A stretch of 64,000 nt of DNA from Candidatus Poribacteria bacterium (GTDB lineage: Bacteria > Poribacteria > WGA-4E > PCPOR2b). The stretch lies in NCBI GenBank assembly GCA_965208675.1, contig OZ242351.1, positions 1-64,000 of the forward strand, given 5' to 3'. Shown in pieces: positions 38,901 through 49,237 of the stretch. The notes under the pieces were generated by a model. That model did no database searches. It saw only the letters and a list, made by a program, of their open reading frames with translations, and was not told where the DNA came from. Each line of letters starts with the position of its first letter. Within the stretch, counting starts at the first letter, position 1. The translations under genes and the position numbers were made by a program.

Positions 38901-39573
38901 CAATCTCAATTCGAGCGCTATCGGGCGGTAAAACCACCCGGTTATCAATATTGATATCATCTGTATTGAGTGTGGTGGTGTGGTTTGCGTTGATGTCGGG
39001 ATAGCGGTTCGGATGAAGCTGAACATTTCCCCCGCCATCCGCCTGATTCACTGTGACTAAGTAGGCTGTGTATAGGTTTGAATTAGCGGAGAGTTCAAAG
39101 GCAACACGCAGCCAATCTTTCACTTCCTGAAATGTGCTCGGTTCCACGACTGGCGTATAGAGATGGCGGGCTAAAAAACGCGAATCGGCAGGTACTTGTG
39201 TACTGCTTGACGCCGGATCATCTCCGACGACGACAACAGCTCCCCCCGTAGTTCCTGCTAAATTGCTAATAGCTAGGGCGTCAGACGCTACATGGAGTCC
39301 AACGCTCTTCATATAAGCGACAGCGCGGAGTTTTGCCATCTGTGAACCGTTAAGCCGCGCTACACTAAGGGCTTCATTGTTTGCAATCTGCGCGACAATG
39401 CCGTGCTCCTTAAATAGGTCGGCGTTCCGTCGAATGACTTCGAAAACATCGGCAAGCGGCGATCCGGGATATCCTGTTAACAGACTGACTCCGCTCTCTA
39501 ACGCGCCTTTAATTAACAACTCACATCCTGTATAAACATTCGTACCACTTTCCTGTATAAACCTTTTATCCAT
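35926..39573 (-). CDS. Fused indolepyruvate:ferredoxin oxidoreductase family protein (alpha+beta+DUF6537)
   Basis: TGYPGSPL, RTPTFCPGCPH, GDSTFFH, TAMTGHQ, CEFCLEC, GVGGMG, KDEIYVA. Confidence 0.88.
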   Translation of the reverse strand: MDKRFIQESGTNVYTGCELLIKGALESGVSLLTGYPGSPLADVFEVIRRNADLFKEHGIVAQIANNEALSVARLNGSQMAKLRAVAYMKSVGLHVASDALAISNLAGTTGGAVVVVGDDPASSSTQVPADSRFLARHLYTPVVEPSTFQEVKDWLRVAFELSANSNLYTAYLVTVNQADGGGNVQLHPNRYPDINANHTTTLNTDDINIDNRVVLPPDSARIEIETLERRFPNAIETARRRNLNQIYNLNGTRHEMGFVTSGVAYTYLEHALHELEIQGQIPILKLGLTHPVDTEIVRQFSAGVREIYVVEEKRPLLEKDIKAIVGDLYQTGGIDRHVQVWGKQFPNDLPGIPESLGLNPSVVIQRLIPLLRRKMRTDSALPSKGLHGREEDTPVKIHMVESALSREENRIEQVNSYEVNIPARTPTFCPGCPHRDSSSVFLDITKQFMDADYMKKQHASPPVDLVFHGDIGCYSMLKYEPFPRLMHNLSAMALGGGTGAGIDSFIKNKQIVFMGDSTFFHGGMSAISDSIKNGQDITYVILDNQTTAMTGHQPTPAGEDDILGNSTFAQDIEKVARGLAGGSSNLFIVRTDPEDRVKYKALLEDTILNPGVKIVIADKECGITYHRRLRRENHKTIKEKGFLKVEKHINITPEVCEFCLECTKATGCPGLKVNETDYGPKIGIDSSNCVTDGACARIKWACPSFEEVIVTRKRPPKVLVDTDSNLGMHEEKMPIGAAPTAVDPLPLPSFSGFDRTWSVYAAGVGGMGIGTISSILVLAGYAQGYQVRFCDKKGLAIRNGGVYAHVTYSKTDNQISPIIPYGKADLLLGLDILEAVRGIDSKAPFRVATPDLTTAVVNTAKTDTVTTLIGKDSFEIADLEKSIRAYTKTDEYFGANLFEVSERLLGNNLYANIMLIGVAFQRGQLPLELDHIQSALKWVAKPSDLASNQRAFDIGRRIAIDADIYSAAPNQQGYKSLLRQKCGTLEKRWRGEVLAGEYEKLVQEAVEDMGLDEETNRGLALRVYDLIQFEDLNYARRYTEKIQRIYAKDCRTEGFRATKSAIINLHKVMLIKDEIYVAHLLTREDKLKRDKAQYNVDESNGDRIKYVHLNRPHFNVMGMDIRWDMNTRNWQLNLMKRMRFLRRWLSQWHAKEKIFRDWYIVEVVDTFAPKDAVDYETHVRALDVPQEVCGYREVRYPKMETAKQKAEALLSKIRS

Positions 39574-39816
39574 TTTTCATCTGCCTTCTAAACTTATCAC
39601 TATGGGGAATGAGCTCAACCCCTCCACTTTGAAAAACATGGATTTTTCCTTGTCTGCATTTCTATTGTGAAAAGATACTTGAGATGGAATACCAATAACT
39701 CAACATCCAAATGCGCGCAATTCAGCCAGTCGTTCTGTTTTATCCGAGGTTTGATCAAAAAGTCCATATGCAACCATGTGAAAATCAAATTAGCTGCCGA
39801 CAGCGGCATTTTTGTT

Positions 39817-41550
39817 TCACTCGAAAGGCATCGGACTTTGTCCTTTTAACAGTTCACGCGCGCGTTCGAGCGTCGTTTCCGTCGGCTCACCACCATGCAT
39901 CCGGGCAATTTCCTCAACCCGTTCTTCCGAAGTCAACAGTTTCGCCGAGATGGTAGTCCGATTGTCGTTCACATGTTTTTCAACACGAAAATGCCTATCA
40001 GCGAGGCGTGCGATTTGCGGAAGGTGAGTGATACAAATGACCTGGCGCAATCGCGCCAATTCCTCCAATTTTTGTCCAACAATGTCTGCGGTTTGCCCGC
40101 CGATTCCCACATCAATTTCGTCATAAATCATTGATGGGATGCTGTCAATTCTGGCGAGTGCAGTTTTCAGGGCAAGCATGACGCGAGAGATTTCGCCCCC
40201 GGACGCAATTTTTGCCAAAGGTTTCGGTTCAGATCCCACGTTGGGCGCGATAAGAAATTCAACATCATCCATCCCATTGGATTTCAATTCATACTGTTTT
40301 CCTTTAATCTTTAAAATTCCATTGGGCGATTCCGCCGGTTGCACAAGAATCTGGAATCTAGCTTTATCCATTCCCAACGTATGGAGTTGCATTTCGATTA
40401 ACGATTCTAACCGGATGGCGGCCTCTTTTCGTTTTTCCGAGAGTTCAACGGCGAGTTGCTGCCCTTTCTCTATCGAGGCCTGAATCCGGTTTTCCAGTTC
40501 TTCAACGTGTTCAGAACTTACTTGCAATTCTTTCAGTGTCTGATTCACATGCACCTGATAATCCAACATTTCAGCGATAGAATTGCCATATTTCCGTTTC
40601 AGCCGGTGGATGAGGTCCAAACGCCCTTCGACATCCGCGAGACGAGTTTGGTTAAATTCAACAGCGTCGCGGTAGTCGCGAATCTGATATGAGATATCCT
40701 CCAGCTCGTACAAAGCAGATTCCAGCCGGGAATTCAACTCATCTAGATGTCCGTCCATATTGCTCAGTTTTGAGATTGTGCGGCTTATCCCTTTGAGATT
40801 GTCTAATATGGAAGCGTTCGATGGGTTGCCGCCATAAAGCTCATCATACGCCAGACTCGCGGATTCAAACCGGGTCTCTGCGTTGTTGAGGAGGTTACGC
40901 TCATTGATTAGGCTCTCTTCCTCCTCTTGTTTAAGTTCGGCATTCTCCAATTCATCTCGTTGAAACTCCAACAGTTCCTTTTCACGTGCCGCATCGTGCA
41001 ATTTCCGAGAAATATTGTTAAGACGACCGCGCAACGTGTGAATTTCATCGTACGTTTGACTGACCTGCGATCGGTGCCCTCCAAGTTTACCGAAAGCATC
41101 GAGCAGATTCAAATGTGTTTCGGACCGAAAAAGCGACTGATGTTCATGCTGCCCGTGAATATCGACCAGCAGGTTCCCAAGCTCCTGAATGAGTGTCAGG
41201 TTTACCATCTGCCCGTTTAGATAACACCGACTCCGTCCGCTTGCGCTAATCTGGCGAGATATTAACAAACCCTCCTGCGAATCCGAGATATTCGCTACAC
41301 CGGATTCACGCAGGTAGTGCCATCCGGGATGGTCCGGCGGCGGATTAATGGCAATTTGCACGTTAGCGTGATCTTTACCCGATGGAACGACACCCGATGC
41401 GCGGCGCTCGCCTAGTGCCAATCCCACGGCGTTCAGAATGACAGACTTTCCGGCTCCGGTTTCACCGGTGAAGATATTTAGACCAGCGGAAAATACGAGC
41501 TGGAGTTCATCAATAAGCGCGACGTTTCGGATATAAAGTTCTTCAATCAT
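39817..41550 (-). CDS. recN: DNA repair protein RecN
   Basis: TGETGAGKS, HGQHEHQ, ASGGEISR, DEIDVG, ITHLPQIA. Confidence 0.97.
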   Translation of the reverse strand: MIEELYIRNVALIDELQLVFSAGLNIFTGETGAGKSVILNAVGLALGERRASGVVPSGKDHANVQIAINPPPDHPGWHYLRESGVANISDSQEGLLISRQISASGRSRCYLNGQMVNLTLIQELGNLLVDIHGQHEHQSLFRSETHLNLLDAFGKLGGHRSQVSQTYDEIHTLRGRLNNISRKLHDAAREKELLEFQRDELENAELKQEEEESLINERNLLNNAETRFESASLAYDELYGGNPSNASILDNLKGISRTISKLSNMDGHLDELNSRLESALYELEDISYQIRDYRDAVEFNQTRLADVEGRLDLIHRLKRKYGNSIAEMLDYQVHVNQTLKELQVSSEHVEELENRIQASIEKGQQLAVELSEKRKEAAIRLESLIEMQLHTLGMDKARFQILVQPAESPNGILKIKGKQYELKSNGMDDVEFLIAPNVGSEPKPLAKIASGGEISRVMLALKTALARIDSIPSMIYDEIDVGIGGQTADIVGQKLEELARLRQVICITHLPQIARLADRHFRVEKHVNDNRTTISAKLLTSEERVEEIARMHGGEPTETTLERARELLKGQSPMPFE

Positions 41551-41576
41551 AATGTAAATTGAAACATCTCTATTCC

Positions 41577-42446
41577 TCAGGTTTTACGTTTCGCGCCCTC
41601 TCCTAACATCAATTTGCTCCTTAAAGCGTCGAATGCGCTGCGATGCTGGGAACGAATGAGTTGGATGGTCTTTTTCGCCTTTCGGATACGAATCAAGCAG
41701 TCTGAGGTAAGAGAGTGCGTTTCGCGTTGTCCGTCAACAAATAGGTCGACGCTGCTGTAATCATAACGAATCGCAACAGTAATCTCGGAATCTCCGTGTG
41801 CAATAAACGGACGAACCGTGAGGGAATGGGGTGCAATCGGCGTTAAAAGAATTGCATTGAGGTGCGGATCGACAATAGTTCCCCCGCTTGCTAGGGAATA
41901 GGCTGTTGAGCCGCTTGGAGTGGCAATAATCAAGCCGTCAGCGTTGTACATCATGAACACTTCGCCATCAATGTAGGTATCGAGTTCAATCAGTTGTCCA
42001 TAGCAGCGAATTACAACATCATTAAGGGCAAAAGATTGCGAACGCTGCAAATCGGGATTGTCCACATCGATTTCAAGCATCATCCGCTGATCGATATTGT
42101 AATTCTCCGCAAAGATGTTTGTTAACGCGGGGTAGAGCTCATCAAGCGAAACTTCGGTAAGGAATCCAAGATTGCCGAGATTGACCGCGAGGATTGGCAC
42201 GTTTTCTATCTGGGGCGTGTGCGCGGCGTTTAACAGCGTTCCGTCGCCGCCAAGCACCAATAAAAAATCGCATTGGTCAACAACACCGTCCTGATTGCAT
42301 CCGGAAGGAGGTGCACCGAGTGCTAAAGCTTGCTCATCAGGAATCAACGGCTCGATACCTCTGTCCTTAAGCCAATTGTATACGGCTATGACGACATCGG
42401 ATGCTTTGGGCTTAGACGTGTTGACAAAAAAACCAACTGTTTTCAT
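41577..42446 (-). CDS. nadK: NAD(+) kinase
   Basis: GGDGTLL, GNLGFL, ALND, DGLIIATPSGSTAY. Confidence 0.97.
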   Translation of the reverse strand: MKTVGFFVNTSKPKASDVVIAVYNWLKDRGIEPLIPDEQALALGAPPSGCNQDGVVDQCDFLLVLGGDGTLLNAAHTPQIENVPILAVNLGNLGFLTEVSLDELYPALTNIFAENYNIDQRMMLEIDVDNPDLQRSQSFALNDVVIRCYGQLIELDTYIDGEVFMMYNADGLIIATPSGSTAYSLASGGTIVDPHLNAILLTPIAPHSLTVRPFIAHGDSEITVAIRYDYSSVDLFVDGQRETHSLTSDCLIRIRKAKKTIQLIRSQHRSAFDALRSKLMLGEGAKRKT

Positions 42447-42505
42447 AATCTCATCGCTATGGGGCAGAACTACACCGGGATCGCAGCGATTTCAATTCAG
42501 TTGAG

Positions 42506-43537
42506 TTATGCCGCTTCCCTCTGCTCGAACCGATAAATCAACAAGATAACCCCACAACCGGCGAGAAACGCCAACGCCGTGATTAACAAATTCAGATTCA
42601 TTTGAGGTATGATATGCGCAACGTCGATACGTTCGCCGCCGACAAGCTCATATTTTCGGAATGGCCAGAGCCCATACAGGGAACCGACCATTAAGCCAAT
42701 CAAAAAAGATATTGTCATATCGCGGTGCCGTTCAAGGACGTAGTTTAACAATCGAGTAAACGCCAATAGTCCGATACCGCAGCCGACAGCGAAAATAGCC
42801 AACACGAGCCAATCCAATCGACTGACTGCCGCTATAACGTCAAAGTAGATTCCGAGAAGCAGCAGAATAAACGATCCGCTGATTCCGGGAAGTATCATCG
42901 CGGAAGCGGAAATAGCCCCACAAAAGAACAAGTACAGTACCTTGGTAACAGAAAAATGTTCCTCTTCGCTGTTCGCTTCTAAATCAACGTCGCCGGAAGC
43001 AGCGATGTTGGATTGACGGTTTTCCTTAAGTTCGTACTTTTTCCTAGCGTTTTCGAGTCTATCCTCCCCAATCATACTGAGTGAAAGTCCCACAGTCAAC
43101 GCGACGGCGATAAGCAGAGCGATAAACGCTTTAACGGAAAAGCGTTTCAACATTTTAGCGGGAATGATAACGGAAGCTAGAATTAAACCGCAAAAGAACC
43201 CATGAGTAGGATCATGCTGATTGTTAAACAGGTGTTTGATTAGGTCGGATAATGCTTTAATCGCAAACGCGGCACCAACGGCTAGGGCTGCCAAGAATCC
43301 AAAGTCTATACGCCGCAGTTCCGCACGCGCTTCAGAAATTTTGTCTTTTTTCAGCGTGATTGCACCTAAAAACTTCTGAACGGTCGAAACTCCGATGTGG
43401 TGCAAGGCACGAATTAAGCGCTCATAAATCCCTAGCACAATTGCCATTGTGCCGCCGCTCACACCCGGAATAATAAACGCTATACCGATAAAACAGCCCT
43501 TAACGATATGGCCAATGACAAGCCTGAACTTCAGCAA
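42506..43537 (-). CDS. DUF368 family membrane protein (undecaprenyl-phosphate translocase-like)
   Basis: IPGVSGGT..GIYE and AMILPGISGS internal repeats. Confidence 0.92.
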   Translation of the reverse strand: MLKFRLVIGHIVKGCFIGIAFIIPGVSGGTMAIVLGIYERLIRALHHIGVSTVQKFLGAITLKKDKISEARAELRRIDFGFLAALAVGAAFAIKALSDLIKHLFNNQHDPTHGFFCGLILASVIIPAKMLKRFSVKAFIALLIAVALTVGLSLSMIGEDRLENARKKYELKENRQSNIAASGDVDLEANSEEEHFSVTKVLYLFFCGAISASAMILPGISGSFILLLLGIYFDVIAAVSRLDWLVLAIFAVGCGIGLLAFTRLLNYVLERHRDMTISFLIGLMVGSLYGLWPFRKYELVGGERIDVAHIIPQMNLNLLITALAFLAGCGVILLIYRFEQREAA

Positions 43538-43593
43538 GATTTACCCCCGTTAAATCCCGCCTCCTCTTGAACAGTCGTTTATTCATTGCAGGT

Positions 43594-44346
43594 TTAATCC
43601 ACGGTTTCATCGTTGAGCCAACTCTTCAGTGGATCGATTAGGTGATGAGCCGTAAAGTCTAGTTGCACTGGTGTAATCGAAACGCAACCGTTGCGGATAG
43701 TGTTGACATCTGTATCCTCTCCCTGATCAACCTTTTCGCGTTCGCCGCCAATCCAGTAGTAGGGTTTTCCGTGTCGATCCAAGCGTTTGATAGCTTGTGC
43801 ACCGTAAGACCCAAGGTCTTGCCGAGTCATTGCTATGCCTCGAAGTTCAGATATCGCGTAATTTGGCACGTTGACATTCAAAAGAATCCGGTCAGGCATG
43901 CCGTTGGAAATTACCTGCTTGGCGATTCGAATTGCAATTGATGCTGCAGTTTCGTAGTGGTACATGGGACCGGGAACCAGTGAAACCGCAATCGACGGGA
44001 TGCCGAGAAAGGTTCCTTTTTTCGCGGCCGCAACAGTCCCGGAAAAATGGAGATCTTGCCCCAAGTTTTGTCCATGATTGATACCGGATACGAGGAGTTT
44101 TGGCCGTTCGGGAAGCAGCGCACTGACGCCAAGGTCCACACAGTCGACTGGCGTTCCGTCGACGGCGTAAGCGCGGTTCGCCACTTGTGCCGCACGGAGT
44201 GGACGATTCAGCGTAATTGCCATTCCAACCCCGCTGCGCTCTCGATCCGGCGCCACTATATATACTTCGTCAAGGCTTTCAAGTGCGTCGGCGAGCGCCT
44301 TTAATCCTGCCGATTCTATGCCGTCGTCGTTAGTCACAAAAATCAT
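43594..44346 (-). CDS. surE: 5'/3'-nucleotidase SurE
   Basis: VTNDDG, APDRERSG, DGTPVDCV, SGINHG, SGTVAAA. Confidence 0.96.
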   Translation of the reverse strand: MIFVTNDDGIESAGLKALADALESLDEVYIVAPDRERSGVGMAITLNRPLRAAQVANRAYAVDGTPVDCVDLGVSALLPERPKLLVSGINHGQNLGQDLHFSGTVAAAKKGTFLGIPSIAVSLVPGPMYHYETAASIAIRIAKQVISNGMPDRILLNVNVPNYAISELRGIAMTRQDLGSYGAQAIKRLDRHGKPYYWIGGEREKVDQGEDTDVNTIRNGCVSITPVQLDFTAHHLIDPLKSWLNDETVD

Positions 44347-44501
44347 AATCACCCGCGAAACACAATTGGAGCCCTCAGCGGTGTCATACGCCGTGAATTA
44401 AGTGAATCTCACAGAGTCCCATAATTTCTTACTGCCTGCAGCCCCTAAAACAAACCGCTTTCACTAAACATCATGGCTGCAGCATATCTTATTTTATCCC
44501 A

Positions 44502-45167
44502 TTATTTGTCTCTGAGGCTATTGATAAGCAGCCGTGAAAATAACCGCATTTCCCGAAGCGTTTTGACATTGCTGACTTCGTCCCCGTAGATAGTTTGGAT
44601 AGCCGTGCTCTCAATCCGAAAACCGAGCCGCCCTGCTTTAATTAAAAGTTCCGATTCGGTTTCATACCGCTCGGTGTTCAGTTGGACGGTTTTCAAAACT
44701 TCAGCCTTCATGAGTCGATAGCCTGACTGAAAATCCGGGACGTTTTGCCCAGAGAGCGCTGAACCTACAGTGGAAACCAAGCAGTTATTCAACCGTCGGT
44801 GCAGTGGCATTTTCAACCGCTCCTTAAACCGTGCACCGACGAGGATGTCCGGATGCGTTCGACGGAAATGATCGAAGAACCGCGATAAATCCATGGGGTC
44901 ATGTTGTCCATCGCTATCCATCGCGGCAATCAATTCATAGCCATTCTGAAGCGCGTAATCGAAGCCGGTGCGCAGTGCGCGTCCCTTCCCGCGATTCTGA
45001 GCATGTTTCAGAGTAACAGCGCCGTGCGCCTTCGCAATCTCCGCTGTGTTATCGGATGAACCGTCATCAATTACGACAATGCGTCCGACGAATAAACTCG
45101 CTTCTTGGATGATCCGACCGATGGTTGACGATTCATTGTAGGCAGGTAATAGTAGGCAGGTTTTCAT
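44502..45167 (-). CDS. Glycosyltransferase family 2 (DPM1-like)
   Basis: PAYNE, IDDGSSD, NRGKG, MDSDGQH, DFQSGYR. Confidence 0.92.
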   Translation of the reverse strand: MKTCLLLPAYNESSTIGRIIQEASLFVGRIVVIDDGSSDNTAEIAKAHGAVTLKHAQNRGKGRALRTGFDYALQNGYELIAAMDSDGQHDPMDLSRFFDHFRRTHPDILVGARFKERLKMPLHRRLNNCLVSTVGSALSGQNVPDFQSGYRLMKAEVLKTVQLNTERYETESELLIKAGRLGFRIESTAIQTIYGDEVSNVKTLREMRLFSRLLINSLRDK

Positions 45168-45191
45168 GAGATTAAGGCACAAACCATAGAT

Positions 45192-46475
45192 TCATTGAAT
45201 TATCAGCCTTGCGAACCGCCGTTTCCCAACTTGGAGCACACTTCCGCTAGAAAGGTCAATTTCAAGAGATGAATCGGTAATCCGCTCATTGTCAAGGCGC
45301 ACCCCGCCCTGTTGAACCAACCGTCTCGCTTCACTGGTACTTTCGGCAAACCCGGCGCGCGTGATGAGATGGGCAAGCCAAATTTTGCCATCGGCGAGCG
45401 CAGTCGAAGGAATATGAACGTCAGGTAGGTCTTCAGGCAGTTGGCGGTCGCGATGAACCTTGTCAAATTTAGCCTCAGCCGATGCCGCCGCTGTCTGATC
45501 GTGGTAAATGGACACAATTTCACGCGCCAGTCTCTGCTTAACGGCTTTCGGGTGAAGATTGCCGTCGGTTAATTTTACTTCCAGCTTTCGGATTTCATCA
45601 AGCGGCACATCAGTTGCTAGCTTAAAGTAGGTACTCATCAACTCGTCGGGAATTGACATCAACTTCGCATACATTTCGTTGGGCGGCTCATATATCCCGA
45701 CATAGTTGCCGAGGGATTTACTCATTTTCTCGCTTCCGTCCAACCCAACGAGTAAGGGCATCAGAAGTGCAACCTGAGGCTGCTGGCCGTGAGCGCGCTG
45801 GAGATCCCGCCCCGCCAGAATATTGAATTTTTGGTCGGTGCCGCCCATTTCAATGTCTGCTTCCAAGTGCACCGAATCATAGCCCTGACACACAGGGTAC
45901 AGCATTTCGTGAAGGCTGATTGGCACTCTTCGATTAAATCTATCGGCGAAATCGTCCCGCTCTAACACCCTCGCCACAGTAGTTTTAGCCGTAAGGTTGA
46001 TTACATCCGCGAAGCACATCTTGCCTAGCCACTCACTATTGAATACAGTGAAGGTTTTCGACGGATCCAATATTTTGCAATATTGTTCTTCGTAGGTTTT
46101 GGCGTTGAGGCCGATTTGCTCCTCTGAAAGCTGCGGCCGAGTCTTCGAGGTTCCAGTGGGATCGCCAATCATCGCCGTAAAGTCACCGATGATGACAATG
46201 ACTTGATGGCCCAGATCTTGAAACTGACGGAGTTTACGTAGTACAACGGCAAGTCCAAGATGAATATCCGGTGCAGTTGGATCCAGCCCAAGTTTGACGC
46301 GTAGGGGTCGGCCTTGTTCCCGAGCCATCTCCAATTTTCGGAGAAGTTCTTCCTTGGAGATAATCTCCGCTGTGCCTCTGCCGATGAGGTCAACCTGTTC
46401 TTCTATACTCAATTCAGCGTGCACGCTGGATTCCCCGTTAGATATCGTCTGGAGGTCTTCACTACTACGGTTCAA
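45192..46475 (-). CDS. tyrS: Tyrosine--tRNA ligase
   Basis: [24 protein letters not shown]-terminal S4 domain. Confidence 0.98.
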   Translation of the reverse strand: MNRSSEDLQTISNGESSVHAELSIEEQVDLIGRGTAEIISKEELLRKLEMAREQGRPLRVKLGLDPTAPDIHLGLAVVLRKLRQFQDLGHQVIVIIGDFTAMIGDPTGTSKTRPQLSEEQIGLNAKTYEEQYCKILDPSKTFTVFNSEWLGKMCFADVINLTAKTTVARVLERDDFADRFNRRVPISLHEMLYPVCQGYDSVHLEADIEMGGTDQKFNILAGRDLQRAHGQQPQVALLMPLLVGLDGSEKMSKSLGNYVGIYEPPNEMYAKLMSIPDELMSTYFKLATDVPLDEIRKLEVKLTDGNLHPKAVKQRLAREIVSIYHDQTAAASAEAKFDKVHRDRQLPEDLPDVHIPSTALADGKIWLAHLITRAGFAESTSEARRLVQQGGVRLDNERITDSSLEIDLSSGSVLQVGKRRFARLIIQ

Positions 46476-46652
46476 GCTAGCTATTATACTACACCTTACA
46501 CGACTCAGTCAACGTTATATCAATGCAGCAGCGTCAAGGCTCACGGCAGAAATCTCCGCTGTGACAGACTTGCGAAGCGTGTGCATCCAGCCGCTAAATG
46601 GTCAATGCCAAAGCGAATTTAATATTTAGGAATAGAACTCCTCATCACTTAT

Positions 46653-47204
46653 TTAGTTAACTGTACCGCTTAGCTTTTCCCTGAATTCTTCTTTGAATTT
46701 TCGGATTTTGGGATCAATTACGAACTGGCAATACGGTTGGGTGGGATTGAGCTTATAGTAATTCTGGTGATAAACCTCCGCCGCGTAAAAATCGAGACAA
46801 GGTACAATCTCTGTAACGATCGGATTCGGCCACAAGCCAGAGGCGTCCGTTTCACGCTTGGAGGATTCGGCGATAGCTTTCTGTTCATCGCCGTGATAAA
46901 AAATAGCTGAACGGTATTGGGTACCAACGTCGGCGCCCTGCCGGTTTAAAGTCGTTGGGTCGTGCGTGCGCCAAAAGACATATAGCAGGTCGTCAAATGA
47001 AATGACTTGGGGAGCAAAAGAAATCTGCGCCACTTCAGCATGTCCAGTGGCTCCGCTGCAAACCTGCTGATATGTTGGGTTTTTAACCACGCCGCCGGCG
47101 TAGCCGGAAACTACATGTTGCACGCCTGTTAGACATTGAAATACGGCTTCGACGCACCAGAAACAACCGGCGCCGAACGTTGCTGTTTCAAATTTAGTCG
47201 ACAT
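46653..47204 (-). CDS. msrA: Peptide-methionine (S)-S-oxide reductase
   Basis: GCFWC, GHAE, HDPT, QYRS, AEVYHQNY. Confidence 0.97.
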   Translation of the reverse strand: MSTKFETATFGAGCFWCVEAVFQCLTGVQHVVSGYAGGVVKNPTYQQVCSGATGHAEVAQISFAPQVISFDDLLYVFWRTHDPTTLNRQGADVGTQYRSAIFYHGDEQKAIAESSKRETDASGLWPNPIVTEIVPCLDFYAAEVYHQNYYKLNPTQPYCQFVIDPKIRKFKEEFREKLSGTVN

Positions 47205-47411
47205 TTTTTCTTCACCGTAACCATGATGCTTACTATGACGAGATTGGAAAAACTGCCCTCATTTTAGCAACTAGCGTCCGGTTTGTCAATCGCCAAACAG
47301 TGGAACGGATGCCTCAATGAGTCTCGAATTATTTTGATGTTGCATTCCAATTCTGTCTGCTATATCATAGGCTGTAACTTCTTCATGGTGGCTCTTAGAT
47401 GGAATTGTCTT

Positions 47412-48209
47412 ATGAAAATCACGGTTCTCGGTTCAGGCACTTCGACAGGCGTGCCGGAATATAAATGCAGTTGCGAAACATGTAAAGATGCGCGATCGCC
47501 GCACTCAAAAAACTGTCGGACGCGCCCGTCGATTCACATTGAAAAGCATGGGAAGCATCTGCAATTCGATACCGGTCCCAACTTTATCGATCAGATTGAT
47601 AGGAATAAAGTCGAATGGATTGACGCGGTGATTTTTACCCACTGTCACGCCGATCATACCAGCGGGACAAATGACTTGGTTATGCCCTGCCGTAAGCAGA
47701 AGATGGATATACCGATTTACGGTCCGGAGGAGACGATACGAATTCTGGAGCGCAATTACGATTACATGTTTAGCAAGGAGGTATTTCAAGGCGGCGGCGT
47801 TGGGCATTTGCTGCCTCACACCGTCAATGAGCGTTTTGAGATGCACGGGTTCGAGATTATACCGCTTCCCGTTGAGCATGCTGCTGTCACGACGTTCGGC
47901 TATCGGATTGACGACTTCGGTTACCTTCCTGACGTGAAGCGCTTACCAGATTCATCTAAAGCACTGCTGCGCGGCATTGAGGTGTTAATTATTGATGCGC
48001 TAAGCTTCAATCCGCGTCATCCAACTCATCTCGCTGTTGGAGAGGCGGTAGAAATCGTAAATGAGCTACAGCCGCGAGAGGCCTACTTTACACACATAAT
48101 GCACCGACTAGATCACCGGTATTTTCGTGAGCAGTGCCAAGAACAAAGCATTGAATTACCGGAGTATGCCTATCTGTCGTACGATGGGCAGGCGATTGAA
48201 ATTCTGTAA
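47412..48209 (+). CDS. MBL-fold metallo-hydrolase (PhnP/YycJ-like)
   Basis: LGSGTSTGVP, CxCxxC, THCHADH, HPTH, THIMH. Confidence 0.9.
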   Translation: MKITVLGSGTSTGVPEYKCSCETCKDARSPHSKNCRTRPSIHIEKHGKHLQFDTGPNFIDQIDRNKVEWIDAVIFTHCHADHTSGTNDLVMPCRKQKMDIPIYGPEETIRILERNYDYMFSKEVFQGGGVGHLLPHTVNERFEMHGFEIIPLPVEHAAVTTFGYRIDDFGYLPDVKRLPDSSKALLRGIEVLIIDALSFNPRHPTHLAVGEAVEIVNELQPREAYFTHIMHRLDHRYFREQCQEQSIELPEYAYLSYDGQAIEIL

Positions 48210-48318
48210 TGCGGCAATAAATGGGAATTGTATACGATAGCGTTTGTAAGTTTGGTTGCACATTGCGGATATTGCCAAGCGCGCGGGTTCATACTCTTTA
48301 AGAAAAGTGATTAACGTA

Positions 48319-49104
48319 ATGAAATTTCCGAAAAGGATTTGGAGTATGGCTAGTGTTTTTTTGTGCTTGATTGTTGCGTCGGCAAGCTATGCCGCCGACA
48401 TTGAAGCTGCCGGCATCTGGCTTTTCGATGAAGTTAACGGTGATAAAGTTGCGGAAGTGTCCGGAACAGGAATTGAAGGGGAAATTTCTGGCAACTACAA
48501 ATACGTAGCGGGCAAGTTCGGCGAAGCATTGGAATTCAATGGGGAAAACACCTCTGTTCTGTTTGAGAATGACGATCCGACGCAGGCTTATATACTTCAT
48601 CGCGGCAAGGATGTTTCCTTGGTCTTTTGGGCGAAACCGTCGAGCGGCGATTTTAGAACTATTTTCTGGACACGAGGTGACGGTGCTGACGCGGATAGAT
48701 TCAATATCCATTCAGGTCCCGGCCCGACCCTTGGATTCGATTACAGGGAAGTGAACGGAAATATTCATCAAGGGCTTTACGAAAACGTTCCGCTTCCTAT
48801 AAATGAATGGACACATATTGCGATTTCGCGAGAAGAAAATACCTACAATACTTATAGCAATGGGAACCTGGTGTCGCAAGGGGAAGATCAAAATCCAGCA
48901 TTGCCTCAATCCATAAGTTGGATGTTGAGTAGACCCGCGTTTATTTTTGGTGGGATTATAGATGAAATTGGATTCTTCGAATCGGTGCTTAATGAAAATG
49001 ATGTCGCCAGCATCATGGAAAATGGTCTCGAATCAACCACGCTTGCCGTGGCGCCGTCAGGCAAGATTTCCACGACCTGGGCACGGTTGAAGCGCGGTAA
49101 ATAA
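48319..49104 (+). CDS. Secreted LamG/concanavalin A-like domain protein with conserved-looking C-terminal tail
   Basis: Signal peptide, GIWLFDE, GKFGEALEFNG, EWTHIA, FGGIIDEI, tail AVAPSGKISTTWARLK. Confidence 0.87.
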   Translation: MKFPKRIWSMASVFLCLIVASASYAADIEAAGIWLFDEVNGDKVAEVSGTGIEGEISGNYKYVAGKFGEALEFNGENTSVLFENDDPTQAYILHRGKDVSLVFWAKPSSGDFRTIFWTRGDGADADRFNIHSGPGPTLGFDYREVNGNIHQGLYENVPLPINEWTHIAISREENTYNTYSNGNLVSQGEDQNPALPQSISWMLSRPAFIFGGIIDEIGFFESVLNENDVASIMENGLESTTLAVAPSGKISTTWARLKRGK

Positions 49105-49237
49105 TTGCACCGGCAAAACATCCATGAAGACACTACGCTTAACGGTGTTTGCAGGAAGACTCACGACCCAAGAACCCAACCTCCAAAAACTAACATAGGA
49201 GCGAGTTGTCAAATCGTCCTCCTCACTTAGCATTTTC

